Shown here one piece after another: positions 1-13,394 of a stretch of DNA of 64,000 bases. Under the pieces are notes generated by a model. The model had not been told where the DNA came from and did no database searches. It saw only the letters and a program-made list of their open reading frames with translations. The stretch's first letter is position 1; every line of letters starts with the position of its first letter. Location: positions 3,348,001 to 3,412,000 of the forward strand of contig CAVNZM010000006.1 of assembly GCA_963693365.1 (NCBI GenBank). The letters run 5' to 3'. A program made the position numbers and the translations under genes. Source of the stretch: Amoebidium appalachense (taxonomy: Eukaryota > Protista > Ichthyosporea).

Positions 1-1761
1 CCTGTGCATGCAGATGTGAGAGGTCCCATGGGGACCCAAACGGCAGCTCCAGCCGGCGCAAAGTGGGATGGTCTGCCAAACACAACAGATTGCTCACTTC
101 GGGCAAGCCCCCGAGACTCAGGTCGGCAAGGTTTAAACATAAGCGTAGTGTCAGGGTTTCCAACGGTAGGCCGGTCAACGGGGCAAGGGTGGTGACGCCT
201 GCCATATCGGACATATTGAGGCGACGTAGACGCCTACAGGAGGCCAGAGTTTGTATCGATTTGAAGCTGCATGTCGTGAATACGGCGCTTTCTAGGGGTA
301 GTCCGGCAAGTGGTTCGATGGAAGAAAACACACAATTCCTAAATGTGATGTCGGTCAGCTGCGTGCACGTGCGCAGCGCATCGATGTTATCTAGCTCTAC
401 ATTCGTGAGAACGAGGGATCTGATTGGGCTCCCCGCCAGCGCCGCGATGTCACTAATATGAGACCTGACTAGGCGTGCTGTCTGCAGGCGGCTGTTAGAG
501 CAAGGCCCCCCGAGGCTGGTGAGTTCTACATACTCCACGTGCAAGTCTTGAAGGTATGGATAGTCGGCGAGTGAAAACTGGATCGGTTCGAAACCCGATT
601 CACGAGAAATGCGGGTTAGGTTGGTAGCGCCCATTGCCGTAAGCACTGGTATTTGCGTGCACCACTTGTGCATTAACCGCAATGCCGAAGTGTGTTGGCC
701 GACCCGCGTAAGAACCCAACATCCGGCTCGTGATCCTCCTCCTCGTCGAAATCGCCACACGACAAAGACACCTCGGTGAGACTCACACAGTCGCCCGTCA
801 CCCCAGCCACCTCCGTCATCTCAAGAACACGTAGGTTCGGGAGGTGGGGAAGTTGAACAACTGTGGGCGCCCTGTCTTCTTCGTCTTCAAAGTCCTCTTC
901 TTCGGTTTCTTTTTTAGCATCCACAAAAAGGTGGCGTAGGTGTGGGCATGCCGTCAGGGGGGACAGATCTAAAATGGGCACTTTCACGTTGCAGAGTTTC
1001 AATACACGAAGGTTGGTGGCCATGCCGAGGAACGCTACCCCGTCTCGGTAAATATCGTCTCCCCCGAGCATCAACTCGCGAACAGCCGGCGCGCACTCCA
1101 GGACTGATGTTGCCGCGGACCTCGAAGGGCCGAGGACAACTACCTCCGCCTTGTGTAGCATCGGCCTGTGCCCGCGGACTGATGTGGGCCAATGAAGCCC
1201 AGTAACACTCAGCCTGAGAAGATTGGGACAGTGCTCCCACAAAAACGAAACCAGCGCCGCCTCTGCAGCTTCATCTCGGTCATCATCTTAGGGTTCGGGC
1301 AATGCCAGTGTGAGTTCTTTCAACTGCGCTCCACGGGTCATCAACACCGAATGCAGCAGTGGTTCCAAAATCAACATGTAGTCTGTGCTGTGCTCTTCGA
1401 ACGATACCGTTAAGGTTTTCAGATTGGGAAGCGACAACATTGCCAGGGCATAGGCGGCGCCCACAAATCCATTTCCTGGATCATCATCGTTATCGAATTC
1501 GGGTAGAGTCACCTCCACACCGGTTATTGCTTTTGACCACGCGTTAATACACAAGGTGAAAGCGCACGGCCATCTCTCAGAAAGAGCAGAACCATTCTCT
1601 TTCAGGTTACCGACCATGGGAAAGCACACGGTGACAGGACCAGAGTGGATTCTGCGCGCAATGCCGTGAAGAGCGTGGCATGTTGCCGAAACTGACGTTC
1701 GGTCCTTGAGGGGCAGGTGGCTGACAATACACCCAAGCAGCTCGGGGGCTAGTAGAGACAA
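1..1761 (-). pseudogene. F-box/leucine-rich-repeat protein gene, disrupted; runs off the window start
   Basis: F-box LSLLAPELLGCIVSHLPLKDRTSVSATCH at 1761. In-frame TAA at 1288-1290 (PEP*DDDRDE) joins ORFs 1288-1761 and 673-1242. A 1-nt frameshift near 680 (LRH|RLMHKW) is followed by an open frame to position 1 with LRRs (DIAALAGSPIRSLVL, SIEPLAGLPLES, TLAPLTGLPLETLTL). The first exon was not resolved. Confidence 0.8.
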
Positions 1762-2850
1762 GGGGCAGGCTGGTGGTGTGGGGAAGTAAAAGTCCGTTTG
1801 GTGTAGTCCCAGTGGCTATGGTGGCTTCAAAGGGCCCCGGGGGTCTCTGGTGCCACTGCGGTAGTAAAACCCATTTTCACCACAAACTCACTTCACTCTC
1901 CTCGTGTTCTAGTCCCGTGAACCACCTATTTACGTCAGTCGGCATTTCACCAGGATTTGCTATAGAACCAGGCAATTAACAACAGACAAAACCCACCACA
2001 GCTGTGGGGAAAAACAAAGGGAGGGAGAGGGAAGGATAAGGAGACAGGAGGCGGAGAGAGAGGGCAGAGAGAGGAGAAGTGGGAAGGGAGGACGAGAGGG
2101 CCTGGGGAGGGAGGGAGGGAGAGAGGGGGAAGGGGGGGAGGGGGGGGGGGGGGGGAGAGAGAGAGAGAGAGAGAGAGGGAATGAGGGTGGGAGGAGGGAG
2201 AGAGAGAAAGAGGAAGAAGGAGAAAGAGAGGCCTGATGTCGATGTGGAGGGGTGTAGGGGTGCAAAAACCTGGTCATTCCAAACCATCTGGCTGGCATAT
2301 GGAAGGCTAAGCAGCATGGTGTGTTTACACTAGGAACAATAACATCAATAGAAACTTCTACCTCAGAAATTATCTAAAGATAAAGAGATTCAGTGTGACC
2401 GGGAGGGGGGGGGAAGGGGGGGGGGGGGAGGGGGGGGGGGGGGGGGGGGGGGATAAGGACAAAAGGAGGTGGGTAGGTTGGGAGTGGGGTTACCTTTGCT
2501 CCTGTCCGCTGGCTCTATGGCTCTCTGCTGGGCGTGTGAAGCCATGTTGGCAACGTGCAACCACCTACGCTTATTGGTTTGAGTATCGGTGCTTGTTGCT
2601 CGTTTTACATAAGTACATACAAAAAATTTTAGAGCGGAAGTGTCCCGGAGCGTTCAGCGCGTGGCACGTGGGGCCACTACCGCGGTGCCACGCTATGTGC
2701 ACAAATAATAAAAAAGCAAACAAAAACAAAAAAAAATGGCGCGGCCCCTTTTGTGCGCGCCTTTTTTCACGTGCCCATGTCGCAAACATCTCAGAGTTAT
2801 TTTTAGATTGGACGCCACTGACTGTGCTATATTTAGACCCATCACAACAG

Positions 2851-3801
2851 CCAATGGAGGGCGCGTATGCAGAACACTGCCTGAGGGAGGTCTGAAATGA
2901 CATGTCTTTACTGTGATATACATCCAATCATCAAATTGAGATATCAAGGATTTTGGGGGGTGCGCACTACTGCGCAACATGTGAGGCTATGCACTTGCCG
3001 GCGAGGGGCCGGCGGTGTTCGGAACCAGCGTATACAACTGTAGAGTACGTAAGCAGAATTAGATTTGTGCACAATATAAGGTTGTTTTCTGTTTGTGCCT
3101 TTTATATCCACATTTTATAGTAAATAGGTGTCGCTATAAAGCTCAGAGTATCTCAGATTCAATCCGATGGATCCATAGGATTTTGGGGAATTCCTGACGA
3201 CGGCATCGTCGGTACAATTGCTTACCAACATAGAAATCGTGTCGATGCGACACTATGAACTGACAGGTCCGACACAGATTGTTCAAATTACTAAGTAATT
3301 GTGCTCGCGCGACACGCTAAAGTTGTTGATGCGACATCCCTTCTAAAGCGGCAGTGGTTCTATGTGATATTGGAACCCTGCTAGCGATTCAGATCTGGTT
3401 TCCCAGATAAAATGTCGCGCGCGATGTTGATCGTAAAACCGGCGGCCCGGCGGGCCGCTCAGGGAACGACTCAGGCTCATGGCCTTTCCCATGGCAGGTT
3501 GACGTACTGTACAGTTTTTTTGTGTCCACTACTAAATTCTATTACTCTTCCTTTTATGTGTATATTTTATTTGATAATTTGTATTTAACTATTTCTATCT
3601 GCTATATTTTTATTCTTTGATTTTATGTAGGCACACAATTGAAACGCCATTTTGCATAATGTCGACATACGTTTTTCATGGCAGTGTGGGTCCAAATTCC
3701 ATTTTCTCGGTATATCCAATCAGAATATTGTAAAATCGATGTGAATATTGCCGACTCCAGACCTCCCCCAAACAGTGTTCTGCATACGCGCCCTCCATTG
3801 G
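2851..3801. mobile_element. ~950-bp non-coding element bounded by ~44-bp inverted repeats (MITE-like)
   Basis: CCAATGGAGGGCGCGTATGCAGAACACTGcctGaGGGAGGTCTG at 2851, with its near-perfect reverse complement ending at 3801. No convincing internal ORF and no clear TSD. Confidence 0.6.
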
Positions 3802-4019
3802 TGGGCCTGTGAGTTGACTTACAGGGTTCGAATTGTGACTTTGAATGTCCCCTTTACCCCGGCAGCTCCCCCAGAGTGTCGACCATTTTTCTCGAATGTC
3901 ACACATACATCATAAGTTCTTTATCTCCTAAGGAATATACATATATATTGTGGCGTTTACTTGTAGAAAACAGCGAGGCATTGTAGTATTTTGTATAGCA
4001 GCAAGAGGCTTTTTCAACT

Positions 4020-4177
4020 CAAAACAGCCTGACATGGTCACTAATGCCCATTAGTCCACGTAAGAAATCCACGTTAGATCCGGTGGGCAAGTTGATTGAA
4101 TTTTTCGACAGAGTATACGGCCACGTTTTTGTACCATACATATGCATCGGAGCTCCTGAGATTACAAAGATGGAGTT
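4020..4177 (+). repeat. AKTIP 5' region, duplicated in inverted orientation at 13244-13394
   Basis: The blocks CAAAACAGCC, AGATCCGGTGGGCAAGTTGATTGAA, GTTTTGTACCATA and GGAGCTCCTGAGATTnCAAAGATGGAGTT match the reverse complement of 13244-13394. Confidence 0.85.
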
Positions 4178-4791
4178 TATTAACTTTGACACCGACGCCG
4201 AGATGGCAAGGAGGTTGCAGGAGGAGGAGGATGCACGGCTGGCAAGGCAGATAGACAGAGCAGAGAGGGTAGGTGTCTCGAAAATTGGATGTGTGTGCAT
4301 TGGTATATGTGCACGCGTGTGCAGGGAAAATCTGTGTGTGTGTACGTGTGTGTGCGTTTGTACGTGTATGCCTATGTGTGTGTGTGTGTGTGTGTTGTGT
4401 GTGTGTGTGCTTGCGTGTGCACGTGTGTGCATGTGCACGTGTGTTCCTGTGCCTGTACCCCTGTGTGCGTGTGTGCACGTGTATGTGCCTGTGCTTGTGC
4501 TTGTGCTTGGACGATTGTGTGTGCCTTCCCCACGCTTGTGTGTGCTGGGTTGTGCTGGGGGGAAGAGGGGAAGAGAACGAGAGGGTTGTTTGCTTGTGGA
4601 TATGATCCGCGTGCTTGTGCTTTCGGCTCTCCATACTGGAGTCTGCCCACTTGCGCTAACGGGGCAATGAAGCATGAGCCTGCTAGATGTTTTCACGCTT
4701 TTCAAATTTGGCAGTACGACCTTCACCCTGTCGGTTGTGCACTTTGAGCAAACTTTGAAGACACAGAGCACACCTCTACCCCCCGATGACT

Positions 4792-4822
<31 letters not shown>

Positions 4823-5432
4823 GCACCCGAAGGATGCATACTCTAAATGTGTGGTTTGCACTCTGCATTGTCCACTATGAATGTGCACTTTGTACTCTAT
4901 AACTCATTCTAAATTCCCCTCCCCCCCTTCTTTTTTTCCCTGGGGGAAGAGGGGGGGGGGGGGGGGGGGGGGGGGAGGGGGGGAGGGGGGGGGGGGGGGG
5001 GCAGGAATGTGTGAGGGGGCTAAGTTGGGAGGGGGGGACGGGGGGTGGACAGGGCTTTGATGGCAGGGAGGAAGGGGTACGACGACGGGAGGAAGGCTTG
5101 GGGTTACTCGGGTGGGGGGGGGGGAGGGGGGGGGGGGGTTGAGGGGAAGTGGCTGCCGGCGGACAGGCGACAGTCCTAACCATGATGAAAGCTGACTGGG
5201 GTTTGAAATGTTGACCGTAGATTTGGGTCTCATGCCCGTGTTTTTTGCTCTAAATCCCTGCCGGTTGTGTGTGTGTTTGAGGGATATGTGCACTGGCAGT
5301 TGGTGTATTTTCTCTTTATGCATTCCTCCTTGCTTGTTTCTGTTCTTTTTCCATCTCCTCTCTTTGTTCCCATTCTTCCCCCCCACTTGTTTGTTGTTCT
5401 TGTTTTTTTTGTTTTTTTTGTTTTTTGTTTTT

Positions 5433-5465
<33 letters not shown>

Positions 5466-6091
5466 GAGGGGGGCAAGAGGGACATACTTAAAGGGTTGTT
5501 GAGCATGCATGGTGTGTGGACCTGTCCTTGAAAACTTCAGCGCCCATGTTCTCACTTCTTCTGTGTGCCTCGAAAATGCTTTCTTTTTAGCCCAATTCAT
5601 CCTCCCCCCCCCCCCCCCCTCCCCCCTCCACCCCCCCCCCTCCTCCTCCTCCTCCTTCTCCTCTCCTCCTCCTCGCTACTCCTTCTTCCCCGTCCCCTAC
5701 CCTAGCGCCTACTTCTGACAGCCACTACACCGCGTTGAGTTGCCCTATTGTTTGTGTGCACTGCATTCTGAACCCTCCATTCCCCCCCCCCTTCCCCCCC
5801 CCCCCCCCCCCCCCCCCCCCGCCAGCAGTTATGATGCATGCTCCTTGTGTAGTTTGCACTCTGCATGTTGTTGTCCGCTAAAAATGCACACTTCATACTC
5901 CATAACACATTCTAAACCCCCTCCCCACTCTCCCCTCCCCCTGCCACACCCACCCATCCACTCCCCTGAGGATGGTTTCTGCTGATGTTGCATGCCTTTA
6001 TGTTAGCTTTTGCATGTGTTCTGTAACTTGTTTCTCATCATCGTGTAGTTGTAAGTTGTAGTTGTACTTCGTACCGTGTTCCGCATTGAAG

Positions 6092-6127
<36 letters not shown>

Positions 6128-7011
6128 TTCGTCCACCCACCCACCCCACCCCCAAAATATACGTTGTCAGTTACTTGTATGCTTTGAACCACATTCTCAC
6201 CTGCACCCCCCCCCCTCCCCCCCTGCCCCAGGGTATAGTAGTGCTTCCAAAGTGTCGACTCTGACCATATATACACACAAAACAGATGAGATACACAACA
6301 CAACGACAACCGCAGCCAAAGCAACCGCAACCAACAAAGACACAAGGAAACAGAAAAGGGTCTGGTTTGTTTGGTTCCATTTTCGGCTCTAGCAGCAGTA
6401 AGAGCAGTGGCACACCAAAGAGGAGGGAAAGTCAACCCGAGACGAAACAAGAACCGATTCCAGAGCCTGAGACACCCACACGGAGGGGAGATGGGTTCAA
6501 TACGTACTTCAGAAACCAAGTGTGTCAGGCAGAAATGTGAGTCGGAAAGGCAGAGTTCTGTTGAAAAACGGTGGTTGTTTTGTGCATGTGGGTGTGTGTG
6601 TGTCCACTCTGCCGCAACCTTCTGGTCTCCATATCGGTACTTGAAAGTGTGTGCATTTGTCGATGTGCTCTTGTGTGTGTGTGTGTGTGTGTGTGTGTAT
6701 TGTGTAAAGGGGGGGAGGTGGGGCTGCCTTGTGTGCATGTGTGCACTTGTGTTCGTGGGTGTGTGTGTTCGTGCATGTGTGTTGTTGCAAGGGGTGGGGG
6801 TTTCTTTTTTTCGTGTCACATAAGGGCAGGAATGTTTGTTTTTAAAACTACTTTTACTGTGTTCGAGAGAGCGAGCATTTATTCGGGTTGGCTGTACATG
6901 TCTCTGTGTATGGACTGGAGATGATTGGGGGTACAAGGGTAGACGTGTAAGGAAGGTCAAGGTGTGGGTGTGAGTGGGCCGGTGGGTGTTGGCTGGAGAT
7001 GGTTTGGGGGG

Positions 7012-7081
<70 letters not shown>

Positions 7082-7136
7082 TGTTTGGGGGGGGGGGGGG
7101 GGGGGGGTAAATGGAAGTATTAGCAGGGGTGGCCGT

Positions 7137-7167
<31 letters not shown>

Positions 7168-7451
7168 GGGGGGGGGAGTTGGTTTGGTTGTGGACGCAAA
7201 AAAAAAAATCAAATCGAATGGTTAGGTGGAGAGACAAGGGGGGTTAGGCAAGGGCAGCAATTTCTGTGTTAGCAGTGGTGGTGGTGGTAATGCGTGTGTT
7301 GAGTGCAGGGGTGCGTGCGGGTGGGTGGATGTGGGTATCTGTTTTTGTTTTCTTTTCCTTGCTTTTTTTTTTTCTTTTCCTTTCTTTCTTTTGGGGGGGG
7401 GGTGGGGAGAAAAAAGAGGGGAAGGGGGAGGGGAGGAGGAGGAGGAGGAGG

Positions 7452-7490
<39 letters not shown>

Positions 7491-7754
7491 AGTAAATGGC
7501 TTGCTAGTCAGTCATAGTGTTTGTGACACGCATGGTGATGGTGTAATCCAGTGTCCGTCCAATATTCTTGAATCTTGTTGGACTAATACCAATGAACCAC
7601 AGGAAGCACCTGCAGGCGCACTGTCCAAAGGGCATCTACTGCTTGCCGTCAGCAGACGACTCGAAGGGTATGTTTGAGGTGGGGATAGGAGAACACAGGG
7701 GGCAGGGGTTAATCTGCGGTTGGTGGTAGGGGGTTATACGTGTGTGTGTGTGTG

Positions 7755-7785
<31 letters not shown>

Positions 7786-8296
7786 GCTTGAGGGTGAACA
7801 GGCAAAGATTGTGAGTGGCCACGGAATGAGCAATGCTGTTTCAGTTTTTGCAGTGTTTGATACCATACTTATCATGGTATGGGGGAACACCGGACGATGT
7901 GGTGTTGCGAGGGAGGGGGGGAGGGGGGGGGGGGGAGGGGGATGGAGAGGAGAAATGTGTCCAGGGGAAGGGAAGGAACAGTTGGAGTCGAAGGGATTCT
8001 GTGTGGAAGAAAAACCATTTGTGTGCGGGTATTGAGTGTGCTTGCGGATACCAGGGAAAGTTGTGTTTGAAGAATCGGCTTGGGGACCAAAGAATCACGG
8101 ATGGGGCAGAGGGGCAAGAGGTTTGGATGGGACACGTTTGGAGGAGATATTTAGTTTGTGGATATGCAGCCATTCTTACTTGCCGATCTGGGTGGGTGCA
8201 GTGTGGAATGGGGTTGCATTTGTCGATGAAGGTCCCTATGACGGCGGCATTTTCAAATTTATCCTCCAGCTACCCGAAGAGTACCAATCCCCCCCC

Positions 8297-8327
<31 letters not shown>

Positions 8328-8415
8328 ACACACACACACCCACACCCACACACACACACACAAAGAAGGAAGGGGGAAAAGGTGGTGGTGGTTTATTTTA
8401 ATTTTTTTTTTTTTT

Positions 8416-8446
<31 letters not shown>

Positions 8447-8675
8447 GGGGGGGAAGAGAAAGAAAAAAAGGCATACATACACCCCAAATGCACAATTACA
8501 CACACATATCACTACCCATCCACATCCACCCACCCATCCCTTACCACCTTAGTGGAACCACTCGTGTTTCCTCCCTCCCTCTCTCCGACCGTCTGGGTCT
8601 CCGCGCACGTGCGCCTTCTTACACCGTTGTGTAAATTGTTTCACGATGTCTCTGTTTTATTACTGGCATGGGTTC

Positions 8676-8714
<39 letters not shown>

Positions 8715-9518
8715 CTCGGGTACTGTGGATGACGTGGGCCCCCCTGAGGATGGGCTCTGCTTATTATGCATACTCTTTATGTATGGCTTGCATTCTGCAT
8801 CGTGTTATCTGTGTATATCGTACTTTTCAAAGCATTCCCCCCCCACCTCCCCCACCTCCCCCACCTGCTAGCTGACCCCACCCATTTCCCGTTGCAGTTA
8901 TCCACGGAAGAGACCGGAGGTGCAATTTGTGTCGTATATCAGCCATCCACAGGTGGGTAACCCTGCTAGGGGGGGGGGGAATTGAGTGACGGGAAAGAAA
9001 CGGTGAAATGTAAGGAATAGAACGTAGGGAAGCTCAATACTTTTTGCACTGAAAAGTGCATGGACACACATGGATAAGGGGATCAAGAGGAAAGAAAACA
9101 AGGCAACTGGGAGGAAAAATTAAAAGAAAAAAGAAAAGGGGGAGAATATATATATATATGTATATATATATAATTAAAATAAAATAAAAACAAAAAGTAG
9201 AATTTATAAAACAACAAAAAAAAAAAGTAGGAAAATGGCAATTTGGGAAGAGGAAAAGGAAAAGAAAAGAAAAGAAAAAAGAGCAGCCCCCGGCGGGACT
9301 CGAACCCGCAACCCCCAGATGACATCTTACTTAGAAGTCTGATGCGCTATCCGTTGCGCCACGGGGGCACGTATTGGTGGGAGCGTAAAAGAATATACGA
9401 ACAGAAAGTGCTCGCATTGCTATGTACTTTCCATTACATTTACATCACTCTGTGGCATGGTGGTGTTTGGGTAACGAGAGGCGGCTTGAAAAATAGAGCA
9501 CTTATTGCATTTTTCGAT

Positions 9519-9560
<42 letters not shown>

Positions 9561-9723
9561 TCCTCCTCCTCCTCTTTCTCTCCAAACTTGGGCACGCATA
9601 AACAACCAAGTCCTTCCAAAAGTACAACCACCACGTGCGTACACCTTCCTCTCCCATGGAATTATAGTTCGTACTCTGTTAAAGCATTCTGACCCTGCCC
9701 CCCTTGCCCCCCTTCTATACACA

Positions 9724-9785
<62 letters not shown>

Positions 9786-9960
9786 GATGCCGACACAGGC
9801 TCCATCAACAACTATCTGTGCCGGGAGCTACCCAATTGGGACCAGCGGACCCACCACGTATCCTCTATACTCGACATTGTGGCCAAGATGTTGCTATTGG
9901 TCGACCCAAACGACCCGGCAAACACCCCCGTAGCAGACTTGTAAATATACCCCCCCCCCC

Positions 9961-9991
<31 letters not shown>

Positions 9992-10034
9992 CTTTTCCTT
10001 TCTTTTCTTTTTCTTTTTAGTACTATTGTTCCAT

Positions 10035-10078
<44 letters not shown>

Positions 10079-10293
10079 CTCAAAACCCTACCCCAACCCA
10101 ACCCAACCAACCAACAATACCACCGCCACCTAGAACCAACACACACGTGTGTGCACGATTTTCTGCACGTTTCCATTCCTTCTCTATTTTCCTCAACCAA
10201 TGCTTCCTGAGGGGCAATATTGATTCTTTTAAAGGCACACTCGTAACACATATCCTCTTCAATACCCTCCACAGCCCCCCCTCTTCCCCCCCC

Positions 10294-10324
<31 letters not shown>

Positions 10325-10760
10325 ACACACACACACATCCCCATCTACGTGGCCCGTCCCTCTTTCCTCCCTTTTCGTATTCTCCATGACACACGCTGCA
10401 AGTTCGAATGCTGTACAACGTTAAGAACAAATAGTGTGAAAATGTCAGCGAGATGCATGATAATCTTGCGCTCTGCAAACGAGGGTTGTTTTAAGGTGTC
10501 GTTGTTGTTACATGCCGTTACATTATTGTTGGTGTCCGTTGGTCTGGGTGTCACGCGTTTCCTGTGAGTGTGTTTGTTGAAACTCCAACCAACTGCGTAG
10601 CTCACCCACGTGCACGCAGGTATGTAAACAACCCGAAGGAATTCGAAGCGGCAGCCAAAAAATGTGTGCAGCAGTCGATAGACGAGAGGGTATGTTGTCC
10701 CCCTCCCCCCCCCCCCCCCCCCCCCCCCCACACACACACACCCATCCACACACACCCATC

Positions 10761-10831
<71 letters not shown>

Positions 10832-10846
10832 GCACACGCGCGCGTG

Positions 10847-10877
<31 letters not shown>

Positions 10878-11083
10878 CATACTGCCCCATCCACCCCCCC
10901 CCCCCCCCCCCCCCCCCCCCCACCCCCCCCACCCCCCTCCACACACACACACACGTACACACGCCTAGCCCACCACACCTTACGATATGTACACATCGTA
11001 CTCCGTATTGCATTTGAATATGATGTTTCACCCCGTCCCAAAGCACCACCATTACTCAAATACACAAATACACACTCCCACTA

Positions 11084-11178
<95 letters not shown>

Positions 11179-11668
11179 AACAGACACCGGAACTCGGATA
11201 CTGAATTAACTTTACCTCCCCTCGTACAATGTGTCGCATATTTCTCCCTCTCCCCCTCCATGTCTGCATTTTGACCGCCGTTAAGTCTTGCTTCATGCTG
11301 TGTAACGAACCCCCCCCCCCTCCCCCCCCCCCCCCCGACCCTTACATATGGTGGTCTGGAGTATGAGCCTAGTCGTTGGGCATGGATGTGGGAACGGAGG
11401 TAGGCGGGGAGGAGGAAAAACGGCTAGCAAGAAACTGTATTCAACTGCCCAGTGATCAACTTACGAATGACGGACGATTGGGGAAACGGTGATACTAATG
11501 CTTGCACACGCACTCACACACACACCCGTACACATACACACACCTGTGCACACACACACACGTGCCTGCACATATCCACAGCGGACACACACAAACACAC
11601 CCACACATCTGCACGCGCACCCGTACACACACACGCCCGCACGAACACACCCATTCACAAACACACAT

Positions 11669-11738
<70 letters not shown>

Positions 11739-12297
11739 CGACAACCAAATAGGCAGCGGCATGGAGTTTGCACCGTACGATGAGTCTGTGCACGACCAGG
11801 CGCTAACAAACATGTTGAATGGGGTAGGTCGACAAACCCCCTCCCCCCCCTTTCCCCTTCCTCCTTGTTACACTCACTCACTCACTCACTCACTCACTCA
11901 CTCAATCACACACGCACGTGATCCCTTTCTCTCTCTCTCTGTCTCTGTCTCCCTCCGTCCCCCCCCCCTCCCCCCCACCCGCCCCCCTTTCTCTCTCTCT
12001 CTCCTCCCCCTCCCCCCCCCCCCCCCCCCCCCCCTTCTTCTTGTTAGTGAGGATTGACTATGCCTATGCTACATATTGGCCGTGTGTTTGTCTTTGCCTG
12101 CTACTCTCTAAACTGGACCATGTTTTTTGTGGTGGATCTCTCCCATGTACCGTACATTGCATCTACATCCTCCCCCCCCCCCCCCCTCCCCCCCCCCCCC
12201 CCCCTCACACACACACACAACACACACACACAAGGTGTATGTCTTCCTGGCGCCTCATGAAACCGACCACAAGTGCAACATGCAGTTGGTTTTGTGA
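4170..12297 (+). CDS. AKTIP: AKTIP/Ft1 (crossbronx)-like ubiquitin E2 variant with an N-terminal MIU-like extension, 9 exons
   Basis: Phase-consistent GT-AG exons: 4170-4268, 6286-6536, 7603-7667, 8202-8280, 8898-8952, 9783-9940, 10620-10689, 11737-11823, 12235-12297 (last exon least certain). The spliced protein has [54 protein letters not shown] (no catalytic Cys) and [12 protein letters not shown], both typical of AKTIP. Confidence 0.85.
4830..4915 (+). mobile_element. 3' fragment of the poly(C)-anchored repeat family
   Basis: ATGCATACTCT..TGTGGTTTGCACTCTGCAT..GTACTCTATAACTCATTCTAAA, lying between C tracts. Confidence 0.65.
5825..6092 (+). mobile_element. two tandem 3' fragments of the poly(C)-anchored repeat family
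   Basis: 5825-5920 TTATGATGCATGCTC..TTTGCACTCTGCAT..CATTCTAAACCCC and 5962-6092 CCCCTGAGGATGG..GTACTTCGTACCGTGTTCCGCATTGAAG followed by poly(C). Confidence 0.7.
8713..8838 (+). mobile_element. 5'-truncated copy of the poly(C)-anchored repeat family
   Basis: AACTCGGGTACTGTGGATGACGTGGGCCCCCCTGAGGATGGGCTCTGCTTATTATGCATACTCTTTA is nearly identical to 25649-25715. C tracts lie on both sides. Confidence 0.85.
9285..9368 (-). tRNA. trnR-UCU: tRNA-Arg(UCU) with an 11-nt intron
   Basis: Minus strand GCCCCCG TG GCGC AACGGATA GCGC A TCAGA CTTCTA [AGTAAGATGTC] A TCTGG GGGTT GCGGG TTCGAGT CCCGC CGGGGGC T. All stems pair, the intron is at the canonical 37/38 position and an oligo-T terminator follows. 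It lies antisense in AKTIP intron 5. Confidence 0.95.
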
Positions 12298-12917
12298 TTT
12301 CATATTCTGACAGGGGGTCTATCATCAGCGATATGACTTCAAGGGGGGATTCTTGGAGAATGCAAGCCGCAGGGCAACGGATTTCTTCCAGAACATACTG
12401 GCAGATGAATAGATTGTGCACGTGTGACAGGTATAGAGAAATGAGGATGCAAATGCCCGCACACGAACGCTTAGAGGGGGCTGGGTAGGTGTTGGACTTT
12501 GTGCAGCTGAGACAGTTACAGAGGTGTCACTCAAACATAGCGACAAGAGCATGAAATGGTTTCGGGTTTTTTGTTGTTGCAAATCGATTATTGCCCGATG
12601 TGCAGACATTTGGAGTGAGTGTGCGTAATAGAATCCCGTTAGCATATACAGACTTCCCTTGTATAACATGTGTAAAGTTTTCCGACATATATGGATGTGT
12701 GTGTGTGCTAAAGTTCTCTCTTAGTTAAACGTGTCTTGTTCCGTAATGAATGGCGAAATTCCGGTTGTTGTGCCTGTGCAAAACTTCATACCGTCAAATG
12801 ACTGGGCATCAGTCGTCAGTAGCTTCTAAACCATGCCAGAAATCACACGCTTCTCATCCTGATCGTAGGCAATTTCTGCAATAACAGTCTTCAATAAATG
12901 CTCTGGTCACCGTGTAC

Positions 12918-12966
<49 letters not shown>

Positions 12967-13243
12967 CTTCTCAGAATCATCCATTTGTTGCTGTGTGCTT
13001 GTGCATATGTAAGTGGGGTGGCAACTGGGTGGGCTGGGCCCGTCCTGTGTGGGGGATAGCTATAGTGCAGTGAAAAAAAAACGTAGTGCAGGCTCCAGGC
13101 TGCTTTCTAATGCAGGGGGGAAATTTCCGACGGTCCTAATTAGGACATGGTGCACAAATAAATAAAAAACGGACAAGTAACTGTTGGTTGCCTGGTGCAA
13201 CCATATGCTTGTATGGCAACTCTTAGCACATGCATGGATCCCC

Positions 13244-13394
13244 AACTCCATCTTTGAAATCTCAGGAGCTCCAATGTGTCTGTACATATGGTACAAAACA
13301 TCAACGGATAGTACTGTGTCTACCTTCAATCAACTTGCCCACCGGATCTTACTTGGTTGAAAGAACATCTTTGGAACACCTTCGGGCTGTTTTG
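13244..13394 (-). repeat. inverted copy of the AKTIP upstream/start region
   Basis: Matches 4020-4177. Similarity stops right after ATGGAGTT. Confidence 0.85.
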
